A DNA stretch of 49,609 nucleotides from an uncultured Nitrososphaerales archaeon (GCA_963709405.1 CAVPXM010000029.1:1-49609); one strand, 5' to 3'. Counted from the stretch's first letter, positions 1 to 9,775 are shown. Numbers and translations are program-made. Notes: generated by a model not told the origin, from the sequence alone.

Positions 1-448
1 TAATAACAATCCACGGAATGGTAGAATTAATTATTAGTCTAAGAGACGCTCCTATTCCTTTTAATTTGCCGGACCCATGTTGTTACAATGGGCTTAGGAG
101 AGACAGCCGAACAATCACGTACAAGGTAGGCACAGTTCACATAATATTCTGATTTTTTGACATGCTCTGTTCACTTAACAGTCTTTTCCATAATCTCTCT
201 TTTATGCATACCTTTAAACAATCTCAAGTAATTCATGACATGGTAGCAAAATCATTATTATCTTTCCAAGATGGGAAATAATCATAAAGCACAATTTGAT
301 CTTTTATGTATTCGATATTTTACACTTCGATGGAGAGAATGTACTCAATCATCTTTAATACTAAAAATATAAAAGAAACAAGTAAACTGGATGTCACTAC
401 CGGACTGCTAACACCCGATCTACCAGAAGCCCTTGTACAGGAAAAGAC

Positions 449-931
449 ATGATGTATTTATCATGGTTCTATCGTAATCTTGCGTATAATCCATCTTCGA
501 TAACGCAAGCGGATATCAACGAATTTGTTAGCCATTATTCTGCTCCAGGTGGAATGCTTGGCGGATTTGAGTATTATCGAGCTTTTCCCGAGGATGCGGT
601 TCAAAATCAAAATTATTCAAAGACTAAGATTACAATGCCAGTACTGACGGTAGGTGCAGGATATATTCCAGCCTTACGAAGTAATGTTACTATGCCTACT
701 ATCGCGTATGGGATGCAGACATTAGCTCAAAATGCTCGGGGTATTCTAGTTCCAAGTTCAGGTCATTGGATTCCAGAAGAGCAGCCAGATTTTGTAATAA
801 AACTACCCAACACCTTCTTTGGTGGGAATTCTACTAAAACTAGTCCTTCTTTGGTGGGAATTCTACTAAAACTAGTAAATGAGAACTATCCCATAACTGC
901 AATTGTATTATCATATCCTTCCGCTCAATGA
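449..931 (+). pseudogene. C-terminal fragment of an alpha/beta-fold (epoxide hydrolase-like) hydrolase
   Basis: GFEYYRA and GHWIPEEQP motifs. The nucleophile half is missing and the upstream PDLPEALV segment is out of frame. The C-terminus is extended by a 32-bp duplication. Confidence 0.8.
813..876. repeat. Perfect 32-bp tandem duplication
   Basis: CCTTCTTTGGTGGGAATTCTACTAAAACTAGT occurs at 813-844 and 845-876. Confidence 0.95.
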
Positions 932-1046
932 CTTTTTTGCTTCCTAGTACATTTATGCAAAACTTTGTAAATTATCTTGGTCGAACTATAAAAACCCAGA
1001 ATGCATGTTACCTTCCGGCAGGAGACGAAAAGCTCAGCTCAGTTTC
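928..1046 (+). pseudogene. Internal fragment of an NmrA-like NAD(P)-binding protein
   Basis: TFLLPSTFMQNFVNYLGRTIKTQNACYLPAGD aligns with TFLRAGAFMQNFINFFGQTIKTQNAIYLPVGD of ORF 26183-26785. Confidence 0.8.
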
Positions 1047-1099
1047 GTTGCAAGCGGTGACAGAAACGGCTAAATCCTGGCGAAGGAAAGGAGAAACCC

Positions 1100-1405
1100 A
1101 TGGAATACCTCACCGATATGGTCACCACGGTTCCCGAAGGTACTAGCCCAGCCAAAGTCGATGAATTGCGCGCAGCGGAGGCAGTGCGCGCCGAGGAGCT
1201 TACCAAAGCAGGCCATTTGGTCCGTCTCTGGCGCCCGCCGCTCGGTCCAGGCGAATGGCGCAGCATTGGGCTGTTCCGCGCCGCCGACGAGACAGAGCTT
1301 CGCGAAGTCCTCGCCTCGTTACCCCTTCATATCTGGATGAAGGTTACCATTACGCCGAATATGTCAGATATTCGATTGGATTTGGACGCTCGGTCAGATT
1401 TGTAG
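1100..1405 (+). CDS. catC: Muconolactone delta-isomerase family protein, C-terminus probably replaced
   Basis: EAVRAEEL..GHLVRLWR..GLFRA.DETELREVLASLPLHIWMKVTITP pattern. AAAGGAGA SD upstream. 65% GC over 1141-1320 by hand count. Confidence 0.75.
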   Translation: MEYLTDMVTTVPEGTSPAKVDELRAAEAVRAEELTKAGHLVRLWRPPLGPGEWRSIGLFRAADETELREVLASLPLHIWMKVTITPNMSDIRLDLDARSDL

Positions 1406-1620
1406 CACAATTCTTTCCCTCAGGAATGGATACAAGATTTGGATCCGAAGTAATAGGAGCGGTTCGTATATTTTGTTGAACTGGTATCATCCGTTCTGCT
1501 TCAGTCTGACCTGTGGTGGCACAGAATAAGGTTGATTTATTGGTTGTCGGTTTGTCGGAGTATATTCTATATTCTATAAGGTATTAGAAGAAAAATCTAA
1601 AATATTTAGTTTCGAACATA

Positions 1621-1791
1621 GAGGGCTCAAATAGAGAAGAAGGTGATAACATTCACAGAACGAAATCAAGACAGAATGGCAGATGAAACTGGGATTCAAC
1701 CTTCTCTTACAGAAGAAGATATGAAACAATATTAGAACAGGTAATAAGAGAAGTTAAGAAAGACCGACGAGTACAAAGCGAAAGTAACTAA
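1621..1791 (+). pseudogene. C-terminal remnant of a hypothetical protein, paralogous to 23185-23349
   Basis: QIEKKVITFTERNQDRMADETGIQPSLTEEDMKQY vs EIERKVVVFTKRNQDKMIEETGIAPSLTEQDIKEY. Confidence 0.65.
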
Positions 1792-1969
1792 TTTTGCCAT
1801 ATGCTGGGTGGCAACATTGGGTCAAATTTGTCCCACATACCACCGAACCCTCCTACAGTCTAAAACTTAAGAATATAACTTTCCTCAAATATAAGTTTCA
1901 GAGATGAAGTCCAAAACAGAATACCTTACATTCAATACCAACATGAGACGTGAATTTATCAATATAACT

Positions 1970-3140
1970 GAGGCTTGGACATAATTGAATTGTATGTTTT
2001 TCATATATTATTTAGTAACATATTAACTACATAACATGTGTTTGATTGATTTTGGTCGTTGACTACGTCTGGTTTTATAATTGTAGTAGACAAGGATCTG
2101 ATATAGTAGTACTGACAGAAGTACTATTCCAGCAGCCTTCTGGTAGCCTCTTACTGGTAATGGGTCTATTCTAAAAACAGATTTAATATGTTCTATTAGT
2201 GGTTCTATCGATTTACTTCTCCAAGAGTAAATAGCCTGTCCTAACTCAGATTCATAGAATTGTATCAGCTCAAGTCTGTCAGTAGGGGTATGTTCATATC
2301 TTTGTACTGGACATACCAGTTCAAATCCTCTTTTAGTACTCAAGTCATATAGTTTATGGTCGTCATACCCAGAATCGCCTATCATGAAACATGTTTCTGG
2401 AGACAGAGATGATGATGTTGATATCATCGGATTGTACATTTGATTATCTTGTACATTAGCAGTTGTAAAATCTGCTGCTAATGGGACTATGACGGAACCA
2501 GTACTTGATATCATATGTAGTTTGTAACCAAATATCCATCCTTTAGTATGGCTGAATCCCCATCTTGCGTCAGTATCTATGCCAGAACATGGTACTATAC
2601 CTTTGTTCATAGATGATTTGTGCCAAACATGTCCTTTGGCTTTCAGTAAAGTACTATCTATTGCAACAATGTATGGATCTATCATCTTTTCGCATACAAA
2701 CATGCAGGTCATGATAGTAATCCTTTTTTTGATGTCTGTGGATATGGTCTTAAGTCGTCTGTCAAATGTTCGCCTGTCTGGTATTTGGGTAAGACCACAT
2801 CTTTTCATTATCTTCTTATTGTAAGGATAATCCAATTCTAGGAATTCATGTAATGCATTGTTAGAATCCAGTCTAAACCATAGCCTAACTATGAAACATC
2901 TCAGAATTACAGTGGGAGAATAAACATATGGTCTGCCCCTTCTTCCCTTTTGCGATTCTGACCACGGTATCGAACCTATCAAGTACAGAATACTAAAAAG
3001 AATAGATTCACATTTACTACCATATGCTATCCATTGGGAATGTTTGATTATGTTTCATCACAAATTCAGACACTCAAAGGATAGCTTTATCCTAATTCAT
3101 TATAGACATAAAATATGGATCTGGAATATGCCCAAGCCTC
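1970..3140 (-). mobile_element. Complete insertion sequence (1171 bp) with DDE transposase
   Basis: Terminal IRs GAGGCTTGGACATA / GAGGCTTGGGCATA (13/14). 8-bp TSD ATATAACT at 1962-1969 and 3141-3148. Confidence 0.92.
2023..2982 (-). CDS. DDE transposase (DDE_Tnp_1, IS982/IS5-like)
   Basis: AIDST, GYKLH, GDSGYD and R.SIE..IEH.K motifs. Confidence 0.9.
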   Translation of the reverse strand: MIGSIPWSESQKGRRGRPYVYSPTVILRCFIVRLWFRLDSNNALHEFLELDYPYNKKIMKRCGLTQIPDRRTFDRRLKTISTDIKKRITIMTCMFVCEKMIDPYIVAIDSTLLKAKGHVWHKSSMNKGIVPCSGIDTDARWGFSHTKGWIFGYKLHMISSTGSVIVPLAADFTTANVQDNQMYNPMISTSSSLSPETCFMIGDSGYDDHKLYDLSTKRGFELVCPVQRYEHTPTDRLELIQFYESELGQAIYSWRSKSIEPLIEHIKSVFRIDPLPVRGYQKAAGIVLLSVLLYQILVYYNYKTRRSQRPKSIKHMLCS

Positions 3141-3578
3141 ATATAACTAACAAACTTAAAACAAACCATGCTCATTGAACAAAACAAACTACTCTATCAG
3201 ATTTTTTAAATTAGTTAAAATCATAACTACTAAATATAAACTTGCAGTAAGAAATTCTTTTTTGTCAGTATGTCGTTGAATGATTATGAAAATCGTTAAT
3301 GCCACTTCAGAAGTTCCTGGTATGACTAGGGTGCAATAGACGAGTTTGATATAGGAATTAACGACTTCTGCTCAATTCCAAAAACAAAAAAGAATAAGAT
3401 AAAATCGATGCTTTCTAATAATATGAACTTGGACGATGTTTACAATATTCTTGAACACAATGATGTCCCACATTACTGTTATAACACAGTAATGCGGAAT
3501 GCAGGATTTATTGCGGAAGATGGGCTGTTATGGGGCCCAAAATTGTGTCACATTTGGTTCGGTAGGAATAGATCTGAG

Positions 3579-4406
3579 CTATTCCTTTCCAGTGTAGCCA
3601 CATTCCCCAGATCTTGGTGAATTGACGATGGGTAGAAACATATCTTCTCCGCATTCATGATCTCGGACGCAGTTATCACAAAACGAAGCCTTCTTCCTGC
3701 TTTTTTCATAAAGACAAATTGTACAGATCTTGGTTGCTACGGCCTTCTTGCATAGATCACATTCAAAGAATATGGGCTCATTTCTTGCTACGATAGTGAC
3801 CGGTTGAGGATGATCTGGCGGACGAGAAGGGGATGAAAGCTCCAGGGGATGAATCTTACGTTTTTCATTGACTGTCTTTGCTGCAACATGGGCTATTCTA
3901 GATGCTCCCGCGTCTATATGTGTATCTTTATTTTCTTTACGTGACCTGTTAGTAGAAACGACTTTAATTAAGAGTTCAGTTGAGCTTCCGAAATCATAGG
4001 TGTATTCAAAGATCATTCCCTCTTTGAAGATTCTATTCACTTTCACTTGCATACTCTTCTCCCTGGAACCATACTCTGGATCAGGATGAGATTCGTACGT
4101 CAGGTTATTTATTTTGAAAGAACTCAGATGGCCACAACATTCGAGCCATACATTTCTAAGTTGTTTGTCTATATCCTTAAGCGCGCCAGCATTACCGTTT
4201 ACCTCCATAAACAGTACATATTCTGGAAATCGTTTTCCTCGGACTTCTAGAAGGAATGTATCCTGATATCTTCCTATAATTCGTGACGACTTCAACCCAG
4301 TGGTACAAGATCGCAAATGTTTAGCGACTAGACTCGGTGAAAACACTTCACAACAATAAACGAACCTCACTTTTTCTGCGAATTTGTCCACATAATCCAT
4401 ATTCAA
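3579..4406 (-). CDS. Plasmid pRiA4b ORF3-like protein with C-terminal Cys-rich zinc-binding region
   Basis: LRNVWLECCGHLSSF, YTYDFGSSTEL, CxxC pairs and terminal NSPRSGECGY. Confidence 0.75.
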   Translation of the reverse strand: MNMDYVDKFAEKVRFVYCCEVFSPSLVAKHLRSCTTGLKSSRIIGRYQDTFLLEVRGKRFPEYVLFMEVNGNAGALKDIDKQLRNVWLECCGHLSSFKINNLTYESHPDPEYGSREKSMQVKVNRIFKEGMIFEYTYDFGSSTELLIKVVSTNRSRKENKDTHIDAGASRIAHVAAKTVNEKRKIHPLELSSPSRPPDHPQPVTIVARNEPIFFECDLCKKAVATKICTICLYEKSRKKASFCDNCVRDHECGEDMFLPIVNSPRSGECGYTGKE

Positions 4407-4574
4407 TTGGGGTTAGATAAATATAATTGGCGGTTTGCTACATTACATCAAGAAGAACCCTTCTTTTCCATAAATCCTCCCTCTGTAAGCAAAACTCTTG
4501 TAGTTACCTCCTTCAGAGCGGGGTCATCAAATGTAGTAGCAAGTTGAATAATTCCTGGAAGGGATGACAAATGC

Positions 4575-4682
4575 AAGAAGTATGGTTATACAATTCACAT
4601 CAGATTAAGAGGTGAAGAAATAAGCAACAATAAAGAAGAAGAAGGAATACCAAAATACAGAGCTAGACGATGGGTTGTTGAA
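4575..4682 (+). mobile_element. Remnant of an IS5-family transposase C-terminus, distinct from the 972-bp element
   Basis: Translates to KKYGYTIHIRLRGEE...PKYRARRWVVE, matching GYVLHI...KRWVVE of the IS5 orfB. Confidence 0.75.
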
Positions 4683-4711
4683 ACAGAAGGATAATCATAA
4701 GAGATCCGTAC

Positions 4712-5188
4712 ATGCTGGGGCTTAAAGAAAATATTGTAGATATTCCTTATGATATTATTACAAGCGTCAAGCTTGAGAAAAATATTTTGTCATCTACAAT
4801 TAGATTCAAAGCTGCAGGGTTAGTAAGTTCTACGAGATTAGGAATGATGGAAGAAATTATTGATGGACAAGAAGATGAAGAAGGTGGGAAAATTGAGTGT
4901 ATCCCAAAGAAAAAAGCAAAGGATTTAATTGAAATAATTAGATCTGGGATGCAAAGCAGTAAAAAATCTTCTTTCTCTGTATACACGGAAGGACAAGAAT
5001 CATCCACTCAAGTAAAACCAGAAGCGATAGACGATAAAGAAAGGACCAATACACAAAATCAGCCAATTAGTAATCCAGTAATATCGATAGCTGATGAATT
5101 AGCTAAACTTGCAAAATTAAGGGATCAAGGAGTAATTAGAGAAGCAGAATTTGTACAGATGAAAGGCATTCTAATAAAGAGAACGTAG
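4712..5188 (+). pseudogene. PH-domain plus SHOCT-domain protein, N-terminally truncated
   Basis: PH-like DIPYDIITSVKLEK and SHOCT SIADELAKLAKLRDQGVI.E.EF. The frame extends upstream (RRIIIRDPY) to the IS5 remnant. Confidence 0.75.
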
Positions 5189-5450
5189 ATGAGAGATTGC
5201 ATTTAAAAATCACTTTACATCGATCTTTTACGTTCAGTCAAGTCAGGAATTTCTTATCATATGTTTAATTCTACAATAGAAAGATTCTTCTTCTATTATA
5301 CAAACATAGATCATTCTTTTCTAAATGAAATCACCTTCACCGCAAATAGTACAACCCATATTGGAAGGCGCTATTAGTAATAATGTTATTAATTAGACAA
5401 GAAAGAGAAGAATTTCATTGCGGAATATATTTAGCATATTTCATCCTCAT

Positions 5451-5531
5451 TTGAATTCATACTAAAATAACTGTGGTAATAGAGAAAATAGAGGTAAGTA
5501 GGTGGCAATAATGATAATATGGCGGTAATAG
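5451..5531 (+). repeat. Orphan copy of the octamer-array leader of the HTH/coiled-coil family
   Basis: 71/81 identical to the reverse complement of 38857-38937. Confidence 0.85.
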
Positions 5532-5623
5532 GTCTGGCAGATCTTGTTTTATATTGATCATAATGCTTACAATAAAATTAAATGTTTCCGCCCATTTTCT
5601 ATAGCATAATATTATCAACAGTA

Positions 5624-6340
5624 TCAGTAAAGGCTTGTTTTTGTTTTGTTAAAGACAGAGTAAACTTGATAATCTTTACCTAAAATACTTGGTATATCTT
5701 TTATTTTTGTATAGATATATTCATCAAATGATTTAGTTTTTTGGTACAGTCCATGACCTATTACAACGCCATTAGGCGAAGCAAGTGAATTTATTTTTGA
5801 GCAAACATTTATTGAATTACCAAAAATATCATTGATAGATGATGTAGATAGCTTGGCAACCACAACACAACCGTATTCACAACTAATCCTATAACTCAAG
5901 TCAGGAAGTCCTTCCAGGTGTAGTATTTCGTTTATCTCGGTACGCTTTTGGATCATTGTCATGGCACATTTAAGGACGTCTCTAAATGACTCCGTGCTAT
6001 CTAAATGCGTCTTTGGAAAATAGTATAACAAGCTATCACCTACATTTTTCACTACATTCCCATCATGATTAGAAATTATGTTTGCCATCATATTTAAAAA
6101 TACGCCATAATATTTTCCAATCTTTTCGTTTGACATTTGCATTGATATACTAGTTGAATCGACCATGTCCACAAGACATACACAATAATTTCTAGTCGAT
6201 TCTAGAAATTCTAATAAATATCCTACTTGCTGTTTTTCCTTAACTTTATGCTCTTCAGAATGAAATTCCAGTTCAAATTTTTTACCTGTAACCAATGTTC
6301 TATCACATACATTGGTCAGATCTTCTATCGTATGAATCAC
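5624..6340 (-). CDS. Class III adenylate/guanylate cyclase
   Basis: LVDMVDST, VVKNVGDSLL and DIFGNSINVCSKI motifs. K/D specificity pair suggests ATP. Confidence 0.9.
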   Translation of the reverse strand: MIHTIEDLTNVCDRTLVTGKKFELEFHSEEHKVKEKQQVGYLLEFLESTRNYCVCLVDMVDSTSISMQMSNEKIGKYYGVFLNMMANIISNHDGNVVKNVGDSLLYYFPKTHLDSTESFRDVLKCAMTMIQKRTEINEILHLEGLPDLSYRISCEYGCVVVAKLSTSSINDIFGNSINVCSKINSLASPNGVVIGHGLYQKTKSFDEYIYTKIKDIPSILGKDYQVYSVFNKTKTSLY

Positions 6341-6426
6341 TAAAATCTAAAGAGTATGAATGAAAAAAAACATTCGTAACTGTTGTAATAATTTTGACTT
6401 ATGATTAGTTTATTTTCTATCATTAC

Positions 6427-6807
6427 TTAAACCCTCGCCTGAATTGCCACATTTAACTCATCCATCTTTTCAAGTAGTATCTCAATTTTTACTGGCTTTC
6501 TAAGACAAGAATGTACTCCCTTCTTAACAAGCTCCTTTACTTCTGCATCAGTAATTGACGAGGCAGTAAGAAGTACAATGAGACTATCTCTTATCTTATC
6601 AGTTTCTATGAGCTTGTCTATTACGTCCAGACCTGTAAAATCCGGCATTGCTATATCCAACAATATAGCATCAAATTTTTGTTTCATCATGAGATCTAAT
6701 CCTTCTATACCATTATCAGATGTCACTATTTCATGACCCAAAGTACCCAAGACCTTGGCAAATAAATCAGTAATATCATTAGTATCATCAATTATAAGCA
6801 ATTTCAT
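6427..6807 (-). CDS. Single-domain response regulator (receiver)
   Basis: LIIDD, LLDIAMP, LLTAS and KP motifs. ATG at 6807 directly follows the kinase stop. Confidence 0.92.
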   Translation of the reverse strand: MKLLIIDDTNDITDLFAKVLGTLGHEIVTSDNGIEGLDLMMKQKFDAILLDIAMPDFTGLDVIDKLIETDKIRDSLIVLLTASSITDAEVKELVKKGVHSCLRKPVKIEILLEKMDELNVAIQARV

Positions 6808-6808
6808 T

Positions 6809-8755
6809 TCAAGTAGTTTTAGGTAGGCTGAAATAAAAATTAGATCCCTTTCCTTCATCACTTTCTACCCAAATTTTTCCTCCCAAGGCAGTAACTATGC
6901 CTTTACTGATAGGAAGTCCAAGACCTGTTCCTCCATGTTTTCTTTTATATGACGTATCTACTTGATAGAACTTTTTAAAAAGGAATTGATGTTTATCTTT
7001 TGGAATTCCCGGTCCATTATCTTTAACGCAGAAAACGATATCACCACTCTTGGATTCAGCAGCAGTTAGCTCTATCTTACCTCCTACTTGGGGTACAAAA
7101 TCAACAGAATTATAAAGTAGAGCTGAGAAGACTTGAAGAATTCGAGATTCATCAGATTTCAATCTTAAATTAGGTTCGGCCTTAATAGTAAATTGTATAT
7201 TCTTTTTCTTCATCACAAATTTAAAATCTTTTCTAATTTTGTTGAAAATAGAATCGACGTTTACATCTTCTATATTAAACTTCATTTCATTAAGCTCTAA
7301 TTTCTGCACATCGAGCATATCGCTAATCATTTTCTCCAACTTTACTGCATTTGATTCAATGGTATCTACTGCTGCGCGTTGCTCAGATGTTATATTACCA
7401 AGTATTCTTGAATCCTTTAATGCACCACACCAACCAATTATTGGAGTAAGGGGTGTTTTTAGTTCATGCGATATCATGCTGAAGAACTCATCTTTAAGTT
7501 TATCTTGTCGTCTTAATTCTAGATTAGTTTCTTGAAGCTCTTCTAGCTGTCTTTTGATGATCTCTGCACTTTTCCTATTTCGTTTTAATGCTTCCTGAAG
7601 CTCGTATTCATAATTCTTAAGTTCAGTAATATCATTAGCTCGATAATCATATTCACCTTCGGATATCCTATCTGCTGCTTTTTCATTTGCTCTTAGTTTT
7701 TCATATAATTCAATCTGACTCCAAAAGTTTTCAAAGATGGAAATATAGGAAGCTATGGTAGGTTTACTTGTTGAATATGTAGATAATCCTACTGCTTCAT
7801 TGAATTCTTCTTTGGAATCATCAATTTTTTCCATAACCAGTGAAGTCTTTCTATCAACGACTAATATCGTAGCTGTAGTTACATTATACCTCGGCGATGA
7901 TTCTAAATATCGTATTTGCAGATGTTGTGTATCACTTTCATTTTCAGAAGAATAAGGAGAAAAAACTGATGATTTCTTTCCTATTAGATTTGATGTCTTT
8001 GAACTAATCCCGATATTATTGTCTGTGGTAGAAGTTGATCCTATGCCCATTTCATCAATTATCTGCCTGACCAAATCATTAGTAGGAGTTAAAATCTTAA
8101 TACTAATTTTCTTTCTCCCTGCTCTATTTCCTCCATCACTCTCCTTTAATTCTTTATCAGTACCAGTTGATAGTTGCTTGAACAATTGTATTGCCCCTAT
8201 CCTATATTCACGCAGAAATGCGTTAACAGTAGGTAAAATTAGTAGGATTTCAAATTTTGCAGACTTTACTAAATCAATGAACAGCGCCTTAGTCTTAGAC
8301 GGATTATCAATGATTTCTGTTGTACTTAAGTTGATATTCCCTTCAATTTCTTTTATCTTTTCTTCTGCAGAAGTAGAAGCATTCCAAATACTCTCAAAGA
8401 TATGTTGTTGATGCTGTACTACTTCCTTAATGTCACTATAGATCATCATATGTGCTTGTTTACCCTTTTCATGAAATGATTCTGGCGCAGCATACTCATT
8501 TTCGCTTACATAAAAATTTGCTCGAATGCCCTCTAAATGGCGTAGTTCATCTACTATCGATAATAATTCTTTACAATAGTAAAGGTTATCGTTTGTAATT
8601 TCTGTTAGGTACCTTACTTTAATCCGCTTTGTCTTCGTACTAACGAGCGCTTGTTTTAATTGTGTGGTTTCTGCTACTAACGCAGGCCGGGTACGATCTA
8701 CGCAGACATCTATCTTATGCCTTGTGTTGAATATTACTTTTAGAGTATTCAACAC
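6809..8755 (-). CDS. Sensor histidine kinase with N-terminal TrmB/PLD-like sensory repeats, HisKA and HATPase
   Basis: SHELKTPL H-box, DNGPGI, F.KFYQ and GGTGLGL. The N-terminus resembles Nitrososphaeraceae cytoplasmic kinases. Confidence 0.92.
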   Translation of the reverse strand: MLNTLKVIFNTRHKIDVCVDRTRPALVAETTQLKQALVSTKTKRIKVRYLTEITNDNLYYCKELLSIVDELRHLEGIRANFYVSENEYAAPESFHEKGKQAHMMIYSDIKEVVQHQQHIFESIWNASTSAEEKIKEIEGNINLSTTEIIDNPSKTKALFIDLVKSAKFEILLILPTVNAFLREYRIGAIQLFKQLSTGTDKELKESDGGNRAGRKKISIKILTPTNDLVRQIIDEMGIGSTSTTDNNIGISSKTSNLIGKKSSVFSPYSSENESDTQHLQIRYLESSPRYNVTTATILVVDRKTSLVMEKIDDSKEEFNEAVGLSTYSTSKPTIASYISIFENFWSQIELYEKLRANEKAADRISEGEYDYRANDITELKNYEYELQEALKRNRKSAEIIKRQLEELQETNLELRRQDKLKDEFFSMISHELKTPLTPIIGWCGALKDSRILGNITSEQRAAVDTIESNAVKLEKMISDMLDVQKLELNEMKFNIEDVNVDSIFNKIRKDFKFVMKKKNIQFTIKAEPNLRLKSDESRILQVFSALLYNSVDFVPQVGGKIELTAAESKSGDIVFCVKDNGPGIPKDKHQFLFKKFYQVDTSYKRKHGGTGLGLPISKGIVTALGGKIWVESDEGKGSNFYFSLPKTT

Positions 8756-9115
8756 ATTATCAATGCCATATATTATATCACAGTCAGTAGTGTTCTTTTC
8801 CGTATTGTTATATGTATTTTTATAAAATATATGTATTATATCATAACTGACTTTTTTTGTTAGTCTAATTTGATTAATCTGGATTTATGATGGATTTAAA
8901 AATTCTGAGTCCACCCGTCGTAGGTTGCAGATTTCATAGTAACTGCGACCAATATTGCTGGCATAACTTGGGAACAAGCCATTCTTCAAACTTGATATAA
9001 CCAGGCCGAAAAAGAACTTGGGGCATAAATCGACCCTCCCTGTCATTATGGAAACATCAATAACGACATTTTTTAATGATTGTAATTCTCCCTTCTTGCT
9101 TCTTCTCCAGAGTAA

Positions 9116-9429
9116 AAAATAAATTCTATATGATAATGCAAGCATTACATATTATTTAGATTCAGTAGATCCCAATAGAAATGATGTTTTGATGCTTTGC
9201 TTTTCATCAGATATTAACGGTATTTTGTTGTTGCCATATGCAGTCTGAAGCATTCTATTGTTAAGGCCATATTTGAAATAACTGATAAAATAAATTCTAT
9301 ATGATAATGCAAGCATTACATATTATTTAGATTCAGTAGATCCCAATAGAAATGATGTTTTGATGCTTTGCTTTTCATCAGATATTAACGGTATTTTGTT
9401 GTTGCCATATGCAGTCCTGAAGCATTCTA
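9116..9429. repeat. ~142-bp direct duplication
   Basis: 9116-9257 and 9287-9429 are identical except for one C indel. The repeat covers the 3' end of ORF 9323-9682. Confidence 0.92.
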
Positions 9430-9775
9430 CTTGCTTACAGTCTTCTTCATAATTTGGAGATGGGTAGCATTGATCATAGAAACTTCGTTGCCTTTCATGA
9501 TTGCAGTTGTCATTAGCAGTACATGATGAAGTCGATGTAGGTGTAACCGACATTGCATATTGGAAGTAGGATTGTAATCGAAAAGGATCCTTTAGTAGAG
9601 ATTCGGTTATGGATTTGAAAGCAAGTCTTAGTAATTGTTTGTCTTCTCCAAGGACCTTGTCCACTTGCTGTTTTACAATCATTTCGATCTTAGAACGTCT
9701 AGGACATGACTGCCTGACTTAGAGCCTATCCCAAAATTCGATACGATTATAGCTCGATGTTGCTTTTGCTAAAGT

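Noticed and set aside
7239-8411. Plus-strand ORFs inside the kinase, and similar shadow ORFs over the IS5, sulfatase, patatin and topoisomerase genes
   Set aside because: They are antisense shadows of well-supported genes.
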